Shown here piece by piece: positions 46,816 through 56,631 of a stretch of 64,000 bases of DNA. The notes under the pieces are model-generated. The model saw only the letters and a program-made list of their open reading frames with translations. It did not search any database and was not told the DNA's origin. A program made the translations under genes and the position numbers. Every line of letters starts with the position of its first letter. Position 1 is the stretch's first letter. This DNA comes from an uncultured Clostridia bacterium (lineage in GTDB: Bacteria; Bacillota; Clostridia; TANB77; CAG-508): NCBI GenBank assembly GCA_934167755.1, contig CAKPLT010000009.1, positions 369 through 64,368 on the forward strand. The letters are read 5' to 3'.

Positions 46816-47046
46816 ATGGTAAAAATAAGATTACAAAGAGAAGGAAAGAAAAAAGCTCCTTTCTATCATATAGTAGTAGCTGATTCAAGATCTCCAAGAG
46901 ATGGTAAAATAATTGAACAAATTGGTACATATGATCCAATGACAAAACCATCTACAATAGTTTTAAACAAAGAAAAACTAGAACAATGGATAAAAAATGG
47001 TGCACAACCAACTGATACTGTTAAAGCATTAATTAAAAACGCTTAA
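46816..47046 (+). CDS. rpsP: 30S ribosomal protein S16
   Basis: [30 protein letters not shown]. Confidence 0.95.
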   Translation: MVKIRLQREGKKKAPFYHIVVADSRSPRDGKIIEQIGTYDPMTKPSTIVLNKEKLEQWIKNGAQPTDTVKALIKNA

Positions 47047-47060
47047 GGAGGGAAATATCC

Positions 47061-47291
47061 ATGAAAGAAGTTCTAGAAACAATAATTAAAAATTTAGTAG
47101 ACAACCAAGAGGCTGTTGAAGTAAAAGAAGTTGAAGGTGAAAAAAACATAATCTTCGAAGTTAAAGTTGCTGATGGAGATATGGGAAAAGTAATCGGTAG
47201 ACAAGGAAAAATTGCACAATCTATAAGAACAGTAATGAAAGCTGTAGCAAACAGAAAAGATAAAAAAGTTACAGTTGAATTTATTGGATAG
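47061..47291 (+). CDS. KH-domain RNA-binding protein (YlqC-like)
   Basis: GKVIGRQGKIAQSIRTV KH motif in the conserved operon position. Confidence 0.85.
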   Translation: MKEVLETIIKNLVDNQEAVEVKEVEGEKNIIFEVKVADGDMGKVIGRQGKIAQSIRTVMKAVANRKDKKVTVEFIG

Positions 47292-47333
47292 ATTTAATTG
47301 CAAAAGTTATACCATGAAAGGAATGGTACAAAC

Positions 47334-47837
47334 ATGCAAAAAAGATTAGAAATAGGTCAAATTGTAAATACATTTGGAATAAAAGGTGAAGTTAAAGTTG
47401 TACCTTTTACAGATGATATAAATAGATTTGATGATTTAGAAAAAGTATATGTCAAAACCAAAAAAGAATCTAAACTATATAAAGTAGAAAATGCTAGATA
47501 TCATAAAAATATGGTATTACTAAAATTTGAAGGGATAAACAATCCAGAAGATGCAGAATTACTAAAAAATTCGTTTCTTGAAGTTGATAGAGAAGATGCA
47601 ATTCCTCTTGAAGAAGGAACATATTTTATAGTAGATTTGATTGGATTAGATGTTTATACTGATGATGGAAAACTACTTGGAAAAGTTGAAGATATTTATA
47701 ACACTGGTGCAAATGACATATATGTAGTAAAAGATGAATTAGGAAAACAAATTTTATTACCAGGAATTGATGATGTAATAAAAGAAGTCAAACTTGAAGA
47801 TAGAATTATAGTTCATCTTATACCAGGTTTAATATAA
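47334..47837 (+). CDS. rimM: 16S rRNA processing protein RimM
   Basis: IGQIVNTFGIKGEVKV and a PRC-barrel C-terminus. The start is trimmed to ATG 47334. Confidence 0.9.
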   Translation: MQKRLEIGQIVNTFGIKGEVKVVPFTDDINRFDDLEKVYVKTKKESKLYKVENARYHKNMVLLKFEGINNPEDAELLKNSFLEVDREDAIPLEEGTYFIVDLIGLDVYTDDGKLLGKVEDIYNTGANDIYVVKDELGKQILLPGIDDVIKEVKLEDRIIVHLIPGLI

Positions 47838-47850
47838 TTTGGAGGAAGTT

Positions 47851-48585
47851 ATGAAATTTGATGTATTAACTCTTTTCCCAGAAATGTTTGAGCCAATCAA
47901 GCAAAGCATAATAGGAAAAGCAGAGGAAAAAAAGCTAATAGATATTAATTTAATAAATATTAGAGATTTTTCTAAAAATAAACACAAAAAAGTAGATGAC
48001 ACTCCATATGGTGGTGGAGCTGGCATGGTAATGCAAGCAGATGTAGTATATGATGCATATAAATCAATAAAAGATGAAAATGCAAAAGTAATATATCTAA
48101 CACCACAAGGAAAAGTATTAAATCAAAAAAAAGTAGAAGAATTAAGCAAACAAGAACATCTTATTTTACTTTGTGGACACTATGAAGGAATCGACCAAAG
48201 AGTAATAGATAAAATTGTAGATGAGGAAATATCTATAGGAGACTATGTACTAACAGGAGGAGAGCTTCCAGCAATGGTGCTAATAGATTCTGTAAGTAGA
48301 TATGTTGATGGAGTTCTAAGTGAAGGTTCAACATCAGAAGAATCATTTTCACAAGGAATTTTAGAATATCCTCAATATACAAGGCCAGAAACTTTTGAAG
48401 GAGTAAAGGTTCCAGAAATATTGCAATCAGGTCATCATGAAAATATCAACAAATGGAGAAGATGTGAAGCTTTAAAAAATACATATTTAAAAAGACCAGA
48501 TCTTTTGAAAAATGTAGAATTGTCTGAAGAAGACAAAACATATTTGGATATAATAAAAAATTCAAATAATAGTAATGACAAATAA
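47851..48585 (+). CDS. trmD: tRNA (guanine37-N1)-methyltransferase TrmD
   Basis: YGGGAGMVM and GHYEGIDQR motifs. ATG follows GGAGG. Confidence 0.95.
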   Translation: MKFDVLTLFPEMFEPIKQSIIGKAEEKKLIDINLINIRDFSKNKHKKVDDTPYGGGAGMVMQADVVYDAYKSIKDENAKVIYLTPQGKVLNQKKVEELSKQEHLILLCGHYEGIDQRVIDKIVDEEISIGDYVLTGGELPAMVLIDSVSRYVDGVLSEGSTSEESFSQGILEYPQYTRPETFEGVKVPEILQSGHHENINKWRRCEALKNTYLKRPDLLKNVELSEEDKTYLDIIKNSNNSNDK

Positions 48586-48655
48586 AAATAAAGATACAAT
48601 GTGCTGAACTACAATTCAAGGCACCGCTTGTATAAAAAAGAAGGAGGTAAATACG

Positions 48656-49126
48656 ATGGATATCGTAAAATCAATAGAACATGAACAACTAAAAAATGCT
48701 ATTCCAGATATTAAAGTTGGAAATACTGTTAAAGTACATGTTAGAATTAAAGAAGGAAACAAAGAAAGAATCCAAGTATTTGAAGGAATTGTAATTAAAA
48801 AACAAGGTGGAGGAGTTAATGAAACATTTACTGTAAGAAAAATATCTTATGGTGTAGGTGTTGAAAAAACATTCTTAATCCATTCACCATTAGTTGAAAA
48901 AGTAGAAGTAGTAAGAGTTGGTAAAGCAAGAAGAGCTAAACTTTACTATTTAAGAGAAAGAACAGGTAAAGCTTCTAAGACTAAAGAAATGGTTGGAGCA
49001 AGAATCGAAAATAAAATGATTACTATTAAAGAAGATTTAGTAGAAGAACCAGCTAAAGTTGAAGAAGTTACTGAAACACCTGCTACAGAAACAGTTGCTG
49101 AAAATACAGAAAAAACAGCTGAATAA
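48656..49126 (+). CDS. rplS: 50S ribosomal protein L19 with a ~40-aa acidic C-terminal extension
   Basis: The L19 core ([16 protein letters not shown].., [10 protein letters not shown]) is followed by [27 protein letters not shown]. Confidence 0.9.
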   Translation: MDIVKSIEHEQLKNAIPDIKVGNTVKVHVRIKEGNKERIQVFEGIVIKKQGGGVNETFTVRKISYGVGVEKTFLIHSPLVEKVEVVRVGKARRAKLYYLRERTGKASKTKEMVGARIENKMITIKEDLVEEPAKVEEVTETPATETVAENTEKTAE

Positions 49127-49134
49127 TATGATGA

Positions 49135-49161
49135 TACATCTCAGAAATGAGGTGTATTTTT
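49135..49161 (+). terminator. rplS operon terminator
   Basis: TACATCTCA-GAAA-TGAGGTGTA plus TTTTT. Confidence 0.65.
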
Positions 49162-49173
49162 GATATATAATAT

Positions 49174-49288
49174 AAAAAGTAATAATATCATTTTGCCGTT
49201 ACACTTCGGACGCTTCGCTATTTAGAATTTGTTTGTCAAACAAATTCTAAACACCTCGTTTCACTTTAAATTGATATTATTACTTTTT
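49174..49288 (-). repeat. A-family element, short variant A3 (115 nt)
   Basis: A 17-bp outer stem AAAAAGTAATAATATCA / TGATATTATTACTTTTT encloses a core with A-like flanks and the central hairpin TTTAGAATTTGTTTG-TCA-AACAAATTCTAAA. Confidence 0.55.
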
Positions 49289-49369
49289 TGTTGTTATAAA
49301 CATACATCATTATACAGTAATATATGATAATTTATAAAGAGCCTATGTTTAAAGGGGAGGATAATGCAT

Positions 49370-49657
49370 ATGATTAAAAAATTTTTTAAGGCTATAATAA
49401 AGTGTGTACGGGTTGTAATATCAGTAATGAATATCTTTTGGTTGCCATTATTAACCAAAGGAATTTTGGCACTATTGAAAATCCAGGTGTCAAAATACGA
49501 TATGTTGCTGATTATATTGTTAACCATGGTTCTTGGAGGTGCCATATCTCTTCAAATTTATGAAGAAGATAGGGTATTAGAGTATCAAGAAGAACATGAT
49601 TGTTCGTATGAAGAAGCGTGGAAAGAAGTACATCGCGAACCGTACGATTATTATTAA
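49370..49657 (+). CDS. small membrane protein, paralog of 49702..50010
   Basis: ATG 49370 lies 9 nt after GGAGG and gives MIKKFFKA.., identical to the paralog's N-terminus. C-terminal EYQEEHDCSYEEAW. Confidence 0.55.
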   Translation: MIKKFFKAIIKCVRVVISVMNIFWLPLLTKGILALLKIQVSKYDMLLIILLTMVLGGAISLQIYEEDRVLEYQEEHDCSYEEAWKEVHREPYDYY

Positions 49658-49703
49658 AAAGAATAATACACGATTTTCAGTGAAAATCGTGTAGTATCTT
49701 TTT
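49656..49703. terminator. bidirectional terminator shared by the convergent paralogs
   Basis: ACACGATTTT-CAGTG-AAAATCGTGT flanked by an A-run and a T-run. Confidence 0.6.
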
Positions 49704-50010
49704 AACACTCGTCAAAACTATCATCATTGGTTGTTGCCATCCAAGCATCATGAAAAGAACATTTTTGCTTTTCTTGATACTTCAATGCATCAACACAATG
49801 AGAGATGTAAAAATAAATATATGGCCCAATAAAAATTGATAACATAACAATTATTGGTTCTTTGTCCCCAAGATTAATACTTGGGTGTTGAAAAATAACA
49901 AAAACCAATAGTGGGCACCAAAGTATAGCAAAATAACATTTGGCTAAAACTTTTAGTAGTTCCAACTCCCGTAATCCAAGAAACATAGCCTTAAAAAATT
50001 TTTTAATCAT
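49702..50010 (-). CDS. small membrane protein, paralog of 49370..49657
   Basis: MIKKFFKA.. N-terminus, two hydrophobic helices and C-terminal KYQEKQKCSFHDAW. Confidence 0.55.
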   Translation of the reverse strand: MIKKFFKAMFLGLRELELLKVLAKCYFAILWCPLLVFVIFQHPSINLGDKEPIIVMLSIFIGPYIYFYISHCVDALKYQEKQKCSFHDAWMATTNDDSFDEC

Positions 50011-50060
50011 AAGTCATATCCTCCTTTAAACATAGGCTTTATAAATTTTATTATAATTTT

Positions 50061-50089
50061 ATTATATCAAACTTCTACTAAAAAGTCAA
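50061..50089 (-). promoter_or_regulatory. promoter TTGACT-17-TATAAT (minus strand)
   Basis: -35 is the reverse complement of 50084-50089; -10 is the reverse complement of 50061-50066. Confidence 0.45.
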
Positions 50090-50317
50090 TTTATGTAAAT
50101 AAATAATGATCATAAAAGTAACTACAAATATTTTGTAAGTTTTTTTATTAAATAAAAAATAAGATACGAAGTTTTCATTAAAAATATATATTAAAAATAA
50201 TATGTGATTCCAAAAATTACAACAAAAAATACTCAAAAATCTCTTTACAAAAAAGAATAACTAATATAAAATAAAATGGATAAACTAGGACAAAATAGAA
50301 AGGATACGGAGGAAGAA

Positions 50318-52699
50318 ATGAAAGAGAAAAATGAATTAAGTTACAGAGACCTAAAAATGGTATGTAACCAAAATATGTTTAATTTTGAAACAACAGAAGA
50401 ATTAGAACCAATAAATGATGGTATAGGACAAGAAAGAGGCATAAAAGCATTAGAATTTGGAATTAATGTAAATGTAAAAGGATATAACTTATATATAGAA
50501 GGGCCAAGTGGAGTTGGAAAAACAATGTATACAAAAAATTATTTGGACAGTATTTCATCTAAAAAGAAAGTACCAAATGATTGGTGTTATATATATAATT
50601 TTCAAAATCCAAATGAACCAATAGCAATATCACTTCCAGCAGGACAAGGAAAAGAATTTAAAGAGAATATGGAAGGATTTATAAAAGAGGTAAAAAAAGA
50701 TATCAAAAAAACTTTTAATGCAGATGATTTCGAAAAAGAGAAAACATTAATTAAAAAAGAATTTGAAGAAAAAAGAGAAGCAGTACTAAATGAACTAAAT
50801 GAAAAATCACAAAAATATGGATTTCAAGTAAAATCAGCACAAAATGGAATTTATATGATGCCGATGATTGATGGAAAAGTAATTCAAGAGGAAGAATTTG
50901 AGAAACTAGATGAAAATATAAAACAAGAATATGAAGAAAAATCAACAATAGTACAACAACAAATAATGGATGCAATAAGTGTGATAAAGAATATAGAAAG
51001 ACAATCAGATAAAAAAGTATCAGAATGGCAATCAAATGTAGCATTATTAACGGTTAATGCACATATTAATTACATCAAATCAAAATATAAAAGAAATAAA
51101 AAAATAAATCAATTTTTAAATGATGTAAAACAAGATGTATTAAAAAATGTATCATATTTTTTAGAAGAAGATAATCAACAAAATAATACTCAAATACCTC
51201 AAGCGCAAAAAAGGCAAGATCCATGCTTAAATTATCGTGTAAATTTGTTTATAGATAACAGTAATATGGAAGGATGTCCAGTAGTAATGGATTCAAATTA
51301 TTCATATCAAAACTTATTTGGAAAATTAGAATATGAAAATTACTACGGAGCATTAAAAACAGATTTTACAATGCTACAGCCAGGTTTAATGCATAAAGCA
51401 AATGGAGGATATATTATATTTCAAGCGAAGGATTTGCTTGCAAATGGTATATGTTATGAAGAATTAAAAAGAGTATTAAGAGTAAAAGAATTAAGCATAA
51501 GTAATGCTATGGAACAGCGTTCACAAATGGCAATGATTTCTTTAAAACCTGAGCCAATACCACTAAATGTTAAGGTAATAATTATAGGAGATGCAAATAT
51601 CTATCACACTTTACTATCAATGGATAGTGATTTTAGAAAATTATTTAAAATTAAAGTAGAGTTTGAAGAAACAGCACCTATAAATGAAGAAAATGTTAAT
51701 AAACTAGCAAGATTTGTTCATACATTTTGTGAACAAGAAGAATTACCACCATTAAATAAATCTGCAATGGCTAGAATTGTTGAATATGCATCTAGATTAG
51801 CAGGAGATAATGACAAATTATCAACAAGATTTACTGAAATTGCACAAGTAGTTGGAGAAGCTGGAACTTGGGCAAAATTGAGTAAAAATAAAACAGTAAC
51901 TGAGGAATTTGTTGATAAAGCATTAATAGAAAGAGTTGAGAGAATTAAAAAATATGATGCAAAATATGTACAAATGATAAAAGAAAATACATTATTAATA
52001 AATACAAAAGGTTCTCGTGTAGGTGAAATAAATGGACTTACAGTTATGACTATAGGTGATTACTCATTTGGAAAACCTGCAAAAATAACAGTAAATACTT
52101 ATACAGGAAAAGAAGGAATTGTAAACATAGAAAGAGAAGTTGAGATGTCAGGTTCAACACATTCAAAAGGTGTATATATTTTATCAGGATATTTAGGAGA
52201 ACTATTTGCACAAGATATACCACTATGTTTAACAGCAAGTATTTGTTTTGAACAATTATATAATGGAGTTGATGGAGACAGTGCTTCAAGTACAGAATTA
52301 TATGGATTACTATCAAGTTTATCAGAAATTCCTATAAAGCAATCAATTGCAGTAACAGGTTCTGTTAATCAAAAAGGACAAATTCAACCAATTGGTGGTG
52401 TAAACGAAAAAATAGAAGGATTTTTCCAAATTTGCAAAATGCGTGGACTTGATGGTTCTCATGGTGTTGTTATACCAATACAAAATGTTAACAATCTTCA
52501 ACTTTCTGATGAAGTTGTTGATGCAGTAAAAAATAAACAATTCCATATATATGCTATTTCAACAATAGATGAAGGAATTGAAATTTTAACTGGTGTTCCA
52601 GCAGGTAAAAAAGATAAAGAGGGCAAATTCCCAGCTGGTACAGTAAATTATTTAGTGTATGAAAAATTAAAAAAATATGCAAAGGTTTGTGAAAAATAA
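50318..52699 (+). CDS. Lon-like ATP-dependent protease (COG1067-type AAA+ plus S16 domain)
   Basis: Walker A GPSGVGKT. The C-terminal Lon protease domain has GDSASS (Ser) and NEKIEGFF (Lys). The start is trimmed to ATG 50318 after GGAGGA. Confidence 0.8.
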   Translation: MKEKNELSYRDLKMVCNQNMFNFETTEELEPINDGIGQERGIKALEFGINVNVKGYNLYIEGPSGVGKTMYTKNYLDSISSKKKVPNDWCYIYNFQNPNEPIAISLPAGQGKEFKENMEGFIKEVKKDIKKTFNADDFEKEKTLIKKEFEEKREAVLNELNEKSQKYGFQVKSAQNGIYMMPMIDGKVIQEEEFEKLDENIKQEYEEKSTIVQQQIMDAISVIKNIERQSDKKVSEWQSNVALLTVNAHINYIKSKYKRNKKINQFLNDVKQDVLKNVSYFLEEDNQQNNTQIPQAQKRQDPCLNYRVNLFIDNSNMEGCPVVMDSNYSYQNLFGKLEYENYYGALKTDFTMLQPGLMHKANGGYIIFQAKDLLANGICYEELKRVLRVKELSISNAMEQRSQMAMISLKPEPIPLNVKVIIIGDANIYHTLLSMDSDFRKLFKIKVEFEETAPINEENVNKLARFVHTFCEQEELPPLNKSAMARIVEYASRLAGDNDKLSTRFTEIAQVVGEAGTWAKLSKNKTVTEEFVDKALIERVERIKKYDAKYVQMIKENTLLINTKGSRVGEINGLTVMTIGDYSFGKPAKITVNTYTGKEGIVNIEREVEMSGSTHSKGVYILSGYLGELFAQDIPLCLTASICFEQLYNGVDGDSASSTELYGLLSSLSEIPIKQSIAVTGSVNQKGQIQPIGGVNEKIEGFFQICKMRGLDGSHGVVIPIQNVNNLQLSDEVVDAVKNKQFHIYAISTIDEGIEILTGVPAGKKDKEGKFPAGTVNYLVYEKLKKYAKVCEK

Positions 52700-52701
52700 T
52701 A

Positions 52702-53568
52702 ATGAAAGAACAAATATATAAAATAGAAGATATACAATCATTTGAATTAGAAGATATATTTGATTGTGGACAATGTTTTAGATGGAATAAACAAGAAGAT
52801 GGAAGTTATACAGGTGTATTTAAAGGGAATGTAATGAATGTACAAAAAGAAATAAATACTGTAACTTTTAAAGGAATATGCAATGGAGATATCAAGGAAA
52901 TAGTTGAAGATTATTTTGACTTAAATCGTAATTATGAAGAAATAAAAGAACAACTTTCAAAAATTGATGAAAATGTAAAAAGAAGTATAGAATATGGTAA
53001 AGGTATAAGGATATTAAATCAAGATTTGTGGGAAATGATAATTTCTTATATAATTTCAGCTAATAATAATATTCCAAGAATAAAAGGAATAATAGAAAGA
53101 TTGGCTAAAAATTATGGGAATGAAATTGAATGGAATGGAGAAAAATATTATACATTTCCAACTGTAAATGGGCTAAAAGATGTAAGTGTAGAAGATTATA
53201 GAAAATTAGGTACAGGCTTTAGAGATATACGCTTATATGAAACTGTTCATATGATTTTAGATAAAAAAGTAGATTTAGAACAAATGCAAAACAATCCTAA
53301 TACTTTAGAAGTAAGAGAACAACTCTTAACATTATCAGGTGTTGGACCTAAAGTGGCTGATTGCATATTATTATTTTCTACATTGAAAAGATTTGAGGTT
53401 TTTCCGATTGATGTGTGGGTTAGACGTGTTATGAATGAACTTTATATCAAAAATGAAGACGAAACAAAGGTTAATAAAAAAGAAATTGAGAATCTTGCAC
53501 ATGATAAGTTTGGAAATCTTGCTGGAATTGCACAGCAGTATTTGTTTTATTGGAAAAGAGAGGCTTAA
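52702..53568 (+). CDS. ogg: 8-oxoguanine DNA glycosylase (HhH-GPD, Ogg-type)
   Basis: LSGVGPKVADCILLFS HhH-GPD motif and an N-terminal OGG_N-like region. Confidence 0.8.
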   Translation: MKEQIYKIEDIQSFELEDIFDCGQCFRWNKQEDGSYTGVFKGNVMNVQKEINTVTFKGICNGDIKEIVEDYFDLNRNYEEIKEQLSKIDENVKRSIEYGKGIRILNQDLWEMIISYIISANNNIPRIKGIIERLAKNYGNEIEWNGEKYYTFPTVNGLKDVSVEDYRKLGTGFRDIRLYETVHMILDKKVDLEQMQNNPNTLEVREQLLTLSGVGPKVADCILLFSTLKRFEVFPIDVWVRRVMNELYIKNEDETKVNKKEIENLAHDKFGNLAGIAQQYLFYWKREA

Positions 53569-53574
53569 TATATT

Positions 53575-53608
53575 AAAAGACGGTGTTACATACAGACACC
53601 GTCTAATT
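53575..53608. terminator. bidirectional terminator (ogg / leuS)
   Basis: AGACGGTGT / ACACCGTCT stem. Confidence 0.6.
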
Positions 53609-55999
53609 CTATTTTACTACTACATTATAAATTTTATTTTTAACATAAATTTCTTTAAATATAGACTTTCCATCAAGTTTATCTTCAATAGCAGAATGAA
53701 CCTTTTGTTTAACAGAAGATTCATCTTCATCTAAAGTAATCATTACAGTAGTTTTTAATTTACCATTAATTTGAACAGGAATTTTAATCTCATTGTCAAT
53801 AGTTTTTTCTTCATCATAAACTGGCCAAGACTCATAAGTAATTGTATCTTTATGACCAAGAATATTCCAAAGCTCTTCAGTAATATGAGGTGCAATAGGG
53901 TTTAACAATTTCAAAAAACCTTCTGCATATTCTCTTGGAAGAACATCTTCTTTATTAACACTGTTAATAAAAATCATCATTTGAGAAATAGCTGTATTAA
54001 AATTCATAGATTCATAATCATTAGTTACTTTTTTTACTGTAAAATGATATACTTTTTCAAGATTTTTATTTTCTTCATCTTTAATTTTATTAGATTCTAC
54101 ATATAATCTCCAAACTCTATCTAGGAATTTCTTTGAACCATCAATTCCATTTGGATCCCAAGGTTTTGCACTATCAATAGGTCCCATAAACATTTCATAA
54201 AGTCTTAAACTATCAGCACCATATTCTTTAACCATATCATCAGGATTAATAACATTTCCTTTTGATTTACTCATTTTTTCACCATTTGTACCTAAAATCA
54301 TACCTTGATGACGAAGTTTAGCAAAAGGTTCTTTAACTGGAACAAGTCCTTTATTATAAAGATAATTATTCCAAAATCTTGAATATAATAAATGTCCAAC
54401 AGCATGCTCTGGGCCACCAACATATAAGTCAACAGGTAACCAGTATTCAAGTAATTTTTTATTTGCAAATTCATTATCATTATGTGGATCTATGTATCTT
54501 AAGAAATACCAGCTTGACCCAGCAGAACCAGGCATTGTGCTTGTTTCTCTTTTTGCAGGTTTTCCTTCATAAGTTGTATTAACCCAATCAGTAGCTTTAT
54601 CCAATGGAGAAGCACCTGTTTTTGATGGTGCATAATCATCTAATTCTGGTAAAACTAGAGGTAAATTACTATCAGCTAAAGCTTTCATTTCATCATCAAC
54701 ATATACTATTGGAATAGGTTCACCCCAATAACGCTGTCTTGCAAAAATCCATTCTCGTAATTTATAATTTACTTTTTTAGTTCCAATTTTATTTCCTTCA
54801 AGCCAATTAATAATATTTTTAATTGAATCTTGTTTATTAAGACCATTCAGAAAATCAGAATTTATATGTAATCCATCACCTGTAAATGCTTCTTTGGAAA
54901 TATCTCCACCTTCAAGAACTGGAATAATTTCAATTCCGAATTTTGTGGCAAATTCATAATCTCTTTGGTCATGAGCTGGAACAGCCATAATACATCCTGT
55001 ACCATAAGATGATAATACATAATCTGAAATCCAAATAGGAATTTCTTTCCCATTTACAGGATTTATAGCATAGCTACCTGTGAATACGCCGGTTTTTTCT
55101 TTGCTTAATTCAGTTCTTTCTAAATCTGATTTTGAAGCTGCTAATTTTTTATATTCTTCAACGGCAGATTTTTGAGCATCTGTAGTTATTTTTTCAACTA
55201 ATTCAAGTTCTGGAGCTAATACACAATAAGTTGCACCAAAAAGTGTATCAGGTCTTGTAGTAAATACAGTAAATTCTAAATTATCTGTTTTTGCAACTTT
55301 AAATTTAACTTCAGCACCTTCACTACGGCCAATCCAATTTCTTTGAATTTCTTTTGTAGATTCAGGCCAATCAATATCTTCAAGACCATTTAGTAAAATA
55401 TCAGCATATTTTGGTATATCTAAAACCCATTGTTTCATATTTTTTCGAACAACAGGGAATCCACCTCTTTCACTTTTTCCGTCAATAACTTCATCATTTG
55501 ATAATACACATCCAAGTTCTTCACACCAGTTAACTGGCATCTCAACTAATTTTGCTAAACCATCATTAAATAATTGTTTGAAAATCCATTGAGTCCATTT
55601 ATAAAAATTAGGATCACATGTTGAAACTTGTTTGTCCCAATCAAATGAGAAACCTAGCATTTTTAATTGCTTAGTAAATGTTTTTATATTTGTCTCAGTA
55701 AAACCTGCTGGATGGTTTCCTGTTTTTATTGCATACTGTTCTGCAGGTAAACCAAATGAGTCAAATCCCATCGGATGTAATACATTATAGCCTTGCATTC
55801 TCTTCATTCTAGACAAGATATCTGTTGCTGTATATCCCTCTGGATGTCCAACATGTAGACCTTGTCCTGATGGATAAGGAAACATGTCTAACGCATAGTA
55901 TTTTGGCTTTGAAAAATCCCATACATCTGTATAAAATGTTTTATTTTCGTCCCAATATTTTTGCCATTTTTTTTCTATTTCTCTAAAATTATATGACAT
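53609..55999 (-). CDS. leuS: leucine--tRNA ligase
   Basis: [16 protein letters not shown].., HVGHPEGY (HIGH) and KMSKS. The start is trimmed to ATG 55999 after GGAAGGAG. Confidence 0.95.
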   Translation of the reverse strand: MSYNFREIEKKWQKYWDENKTFYTDVWDFSKPKYYALDMFPYPSGQGLHVGHPEGYTATDILSRMKRMQGYNVLHPMGFDSFGLPAEQYAIKTGNHPAGFTETNIKTFTKQLKMLGFSFDWDKQVSTCDPNFYKWTQWIFKQLFNDGLAKLVEMPVNWCEELGCVLSNDEVIDGKSERGGFPVVRKNMKQWVLDIPKYADILLNGLEDIDWPESTKEIQRNWIGRSEGAEVKFKVAKTDNLEFTVFTTRPDTLFGATYCVLAPELELVEKITTDAQKSAVEEYKKLAASKSDLERTELSKEKTGVFTGSYAINPVNGKEIPIWISDYVLSSYGTGCIMAVPAHDQRDYEFATKFGIEIIPVLEGGDISKEAFTGDGLHINSDFLNGLNKQDSIKNIINWLEGNKIGTKKVNYKLREWIFARQRYWGEPIPIVYVDDEMKALADSNLPLVLPELDDYAPSKTGASPLDKATDWVNTTYEGKPAKRETSTMPGSAGSSWYFLRYIDPHNDNEFANKKLLEYWLPVDLYVGGPEHAVGHLLYSRFWNNYLYNKGLVPVKEPFAKLRHQGMILGTNGEKMSKSKGNVINPDDMVKEYGADSLRLYEMFMGPIDSAKPWDPNGIDGSKKFLDRVWRLYVESNKIKDEENKNLEKVYHFTVKKVTNDYESMNFNTAISQMMIFINSVNKEDVLPREYAEGFLKLLNPIAPHITEELWNILGHKDTITYESWPVYDEEKTIDNEIKIPVQINGKLKTTVMITLDEDESSVKQKVHSAIEDKLDGKSIFKEIYVKNKIYNVVVK

Positions 56000-56036
56000 A
56001 TAAATTCTCCTTCCATGTATAGATTTCAATATATCG

Positions 56037-56065
56037 ATTATACTAGCAAAATAGCGAAAAGTCAA
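56037..56065 (-). promoter_or_regulatory. leuS promoter TTGACT-17-TATAAT (minus strand)
   Basis: -35 is the reverse complement of 56060-56065; -10 is the reverse complement of 56037-56042. This leaves only a ~30-nt leader. Confidence 0.5.
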
Positions 56066-56130
56066 TCAAAATGGTAATATTTATTGACAAATAAACTTTA
56101 AAAATATAAAATAACTATTGAGGTGATTTT

Positions 56131-56607
56131 ATGAAAAAATGGAAATATCTAATTATAATAATAGTAATAAGTATATTTGTTTTTATAGGAGCAGAAGCAT
56201 TTAGGAATAATAATATAAATGATGAGATATCTAAAGAAGATGTAACAACAAGCACAAATATTGACAATAGTAGTAATGCTGAGCCCAATATACCACAAAT
56301 ATCTGAGACTAAAGAAAATATCGAAGAAAATGAAAAAAAAGAGATATTAAAAAATGGAGAAGAATTAATACAAAAGGCTGAAAAAACAGTAACTGCAAGA
56401 GGATGGGCAGGAGCATCAAATAATATAATAGGACTAAAAGATGGTATTTTGTATTACTACAATAAGGAAACAGAGGAATTTTATCAATTTGCAGAAGGTG
56501 TTGATGACATATATTTTTCAAAAGATGATGAGGAGCAAATAATTGCAAAGAAAAGTAGTAAATTTAAAGAAATAAAAGAAACACCACAATTTTTGAAATA
56601 TGAGTAA
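56131..56607 (+). CDS. membrane-anchored hypothetical protein
   Basis: 158 aa with an N-terminal TM helix and an acidic linker. Confidence 0.5.
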   Translation: MKKWKYLIIIIVISIFVFIGAEAFRNNNINDEISKEDVTTSTNIDNSSNAEPNIPQISETKENIEENEKKEILKNGEELIQKAEKTVTARGWAGASNNIIGLKDGILYYYNKETEEFYQFAEGVDDIYFSKDDEEQIIAKKSSKFKEIKETPQFLKYE

Positions 56608-56631
56608 TCTTAGAAAAGAGGTTTATTAAGA

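Noticed and set aside
48586-48655. Possible L19 autoregulatory leader upstream of rplS (GTGCTGAACTACAATTCAAGGCAC hairpin).
   Set aside because: The interval is only 70 nt and I cannot verify the motif by eye. It needs a covariance-model scan.
53435-53734. 99-aa + strand ORF spanning the ogg 3' end, the terminator and the leuS 3' end.
   Set aside because: It overlaps two well-supported genes and a terminator, and its product is low-complexity.
56000-56130. T-box leader upstream of leuS (usual for aminoacyl-tRNA synthetase genes in Firmicutes).
   Set aside because: Only ~130 nt separate leuS from the divergent gene. A consensus promoter sits ~35 nt from the start codon, which leaves no room for a ~200-nt T-box. 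No specifier or T-box sequence was seen.
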